Assembly: GCA_016187225.1 (NCBI GenBank)
Contig: JACPKC010000010.1
Span: 67,541 to 131,540, forward strand
Direction: 5' to 3'
Length of the DNA: 64,000 nt
Source: Candidatus Berkelbacteria bacterium
Lineage (GTDB): Bacteria; Patescibacteriota; UBA1384; JACPKC01
Positions 63,667 to 64,000 of this stretch are shown piece after piece; the first letter of the stretch is position 1, and each line of letters starts with the position of its first letter. The position numbers and the translations under genes are program-made. The notes beneath the pieces were generated by a model. That model was not told where the DNA came from. It made no database searches and was given only the letters and a program-made list of their open reading frames with translations.

Positions 63667-64000
63667 ATGAAAATAATCGTTGGATTAGGAAATCCGGATA
63701 TATTCTACGAACGCACAAGGCATAACATCGGTTGGCTGGCGCTCGATGTTTTGCGTAAGCAGTTGGTTTTAGAGCCAGATTGGCAAGTATCAGAGTGGGC
63801 CGAAAGCGAAAAATTTGAGGCTTTTATCGCAGAGGCGCATTTTAAAAAAGAAAAAGTCTTACTCATCAAACCGACTACTTTCATGAATAACTCCGGTCGA
63901 AGCGTTGAGCGGATTCGAGCCTTTTATCGTTTGGCGCCTGAACAAATTTTGGCTGTTTATGATGAGCTTGCTGTTTCCCTGGGTAGTATCCGGATTCGTT
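63667..64000 (+). CDS. pth: Peptidyl-tRNA hydrolase, N-terminal part (the gene runs off the window end)
   Basis: 'MKIIVGLGNPDIFYERTRHNIGW' and 'LIKPTTFMNNSGRSV' are Pth signatures. There is no stop before position 64000. Confidence 0.85.
   Translation, partial: MKIIVGLGNPDIFYERTRHNIGWLALDVLRKQLVLEPDWQVSEWAESEKFEAFIAEAHFKKEKVLLIKPTTFMNNSGRSVERIRAFYRLAPEQILAVYDELAVSLGSIRIR

Overview
This 64-kb window looks like part of a compact, operon-dense bacterial chromosome at about 48-50% GC, using the standard genetic code (TGA is a stop). Many genes are coupled by ATGA start/stop overlaps. The gene content, the monoderm-style type IV pilus locus with no secretin in the window, sortase-like sorting signals and a minimal TyrS together suggest a reduced-genome, Gram-positive-like bacterium. 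A Patescibacteria/Saccharibacteria-like assignment is an inference only.

Layout of the window:
- Positions 1-9.5 kb: a dcw cell-wall cluster in the order ftsI (C-terminal fragment)-murF-mraY-murD-ftsW-murG-murC-murB-ftsQ. murE, ddl, ftsA and ftsZ are absent from this stretch.
- 9.5-20.5 kb: a bPH_2 membrane protein, an FMN reductase, recJ, sodA, radA, a class-A PBP with a long C-terminal extension on the minus strand, tyrS and argS.
- 20.5-27.3 kb: a large membrane protein with an intracellular domain and an extracellular beta-propeller-like region, tRNA-Pro, an M50 protease, rpmB, a zinc-ribbon protein, a truncated holB-like gene, a TPR protein and an unknown HD-like gene. These are followed by a minus-strand array of tRNA-Trp, rpmG, tRNA-Thr, tRNA-Tyr and tRNA-Thr.
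- 27.3-29 kb: a 21-bp perfect inverted repeat, a hypothetical gene, and a roughly 930-bp non-coding, AT-rich gap carrying tandem DnaA-box-like motifs.
- 29-45 kb: PKD, Big_2 and FN3 surface proteins, then a complete type IV pilus locus (pilN, pilO, a small ORF, pilB, pilT, pilC, a pilin, pilA, pilD and four minor pilins) and a secreted hypothetical protein.
- 45-56 kb: rnhA, ileS (type 2), rodA, a relocated rplU-secE-nusG-rplK block, dprA-topA-recR, a small zinc-ribbon ORF, and a cysS with no canonical start codon.
- 56-64 kb: a roughly 990-aa low-complexity protein, a GC-rich (about 58-60%) two-gene island, an Asn/Ser/Thr-rich tandem-repeat surface protein with an LPXTG-like tail, prfB, ybaB and the start of pth.

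Items most worth a second look:
- a recurring roughly 18-nt box, TTATTGGGGAACACATC, at four loci; two copies form inverted repeats flanking a 160-bp insertion between ftsW and murG, and the others abut start codons;
- the 930-bp gene-free gap;
- the compositionally atypical island plus repeat protein, with L-x-x-[ST]-G-A-N-TM-RR C-termini;
- cysS lacking a canonical start codon;
- rearrangement of the rpmG-tRNA-Trp-secE-nusG neighbourhood.
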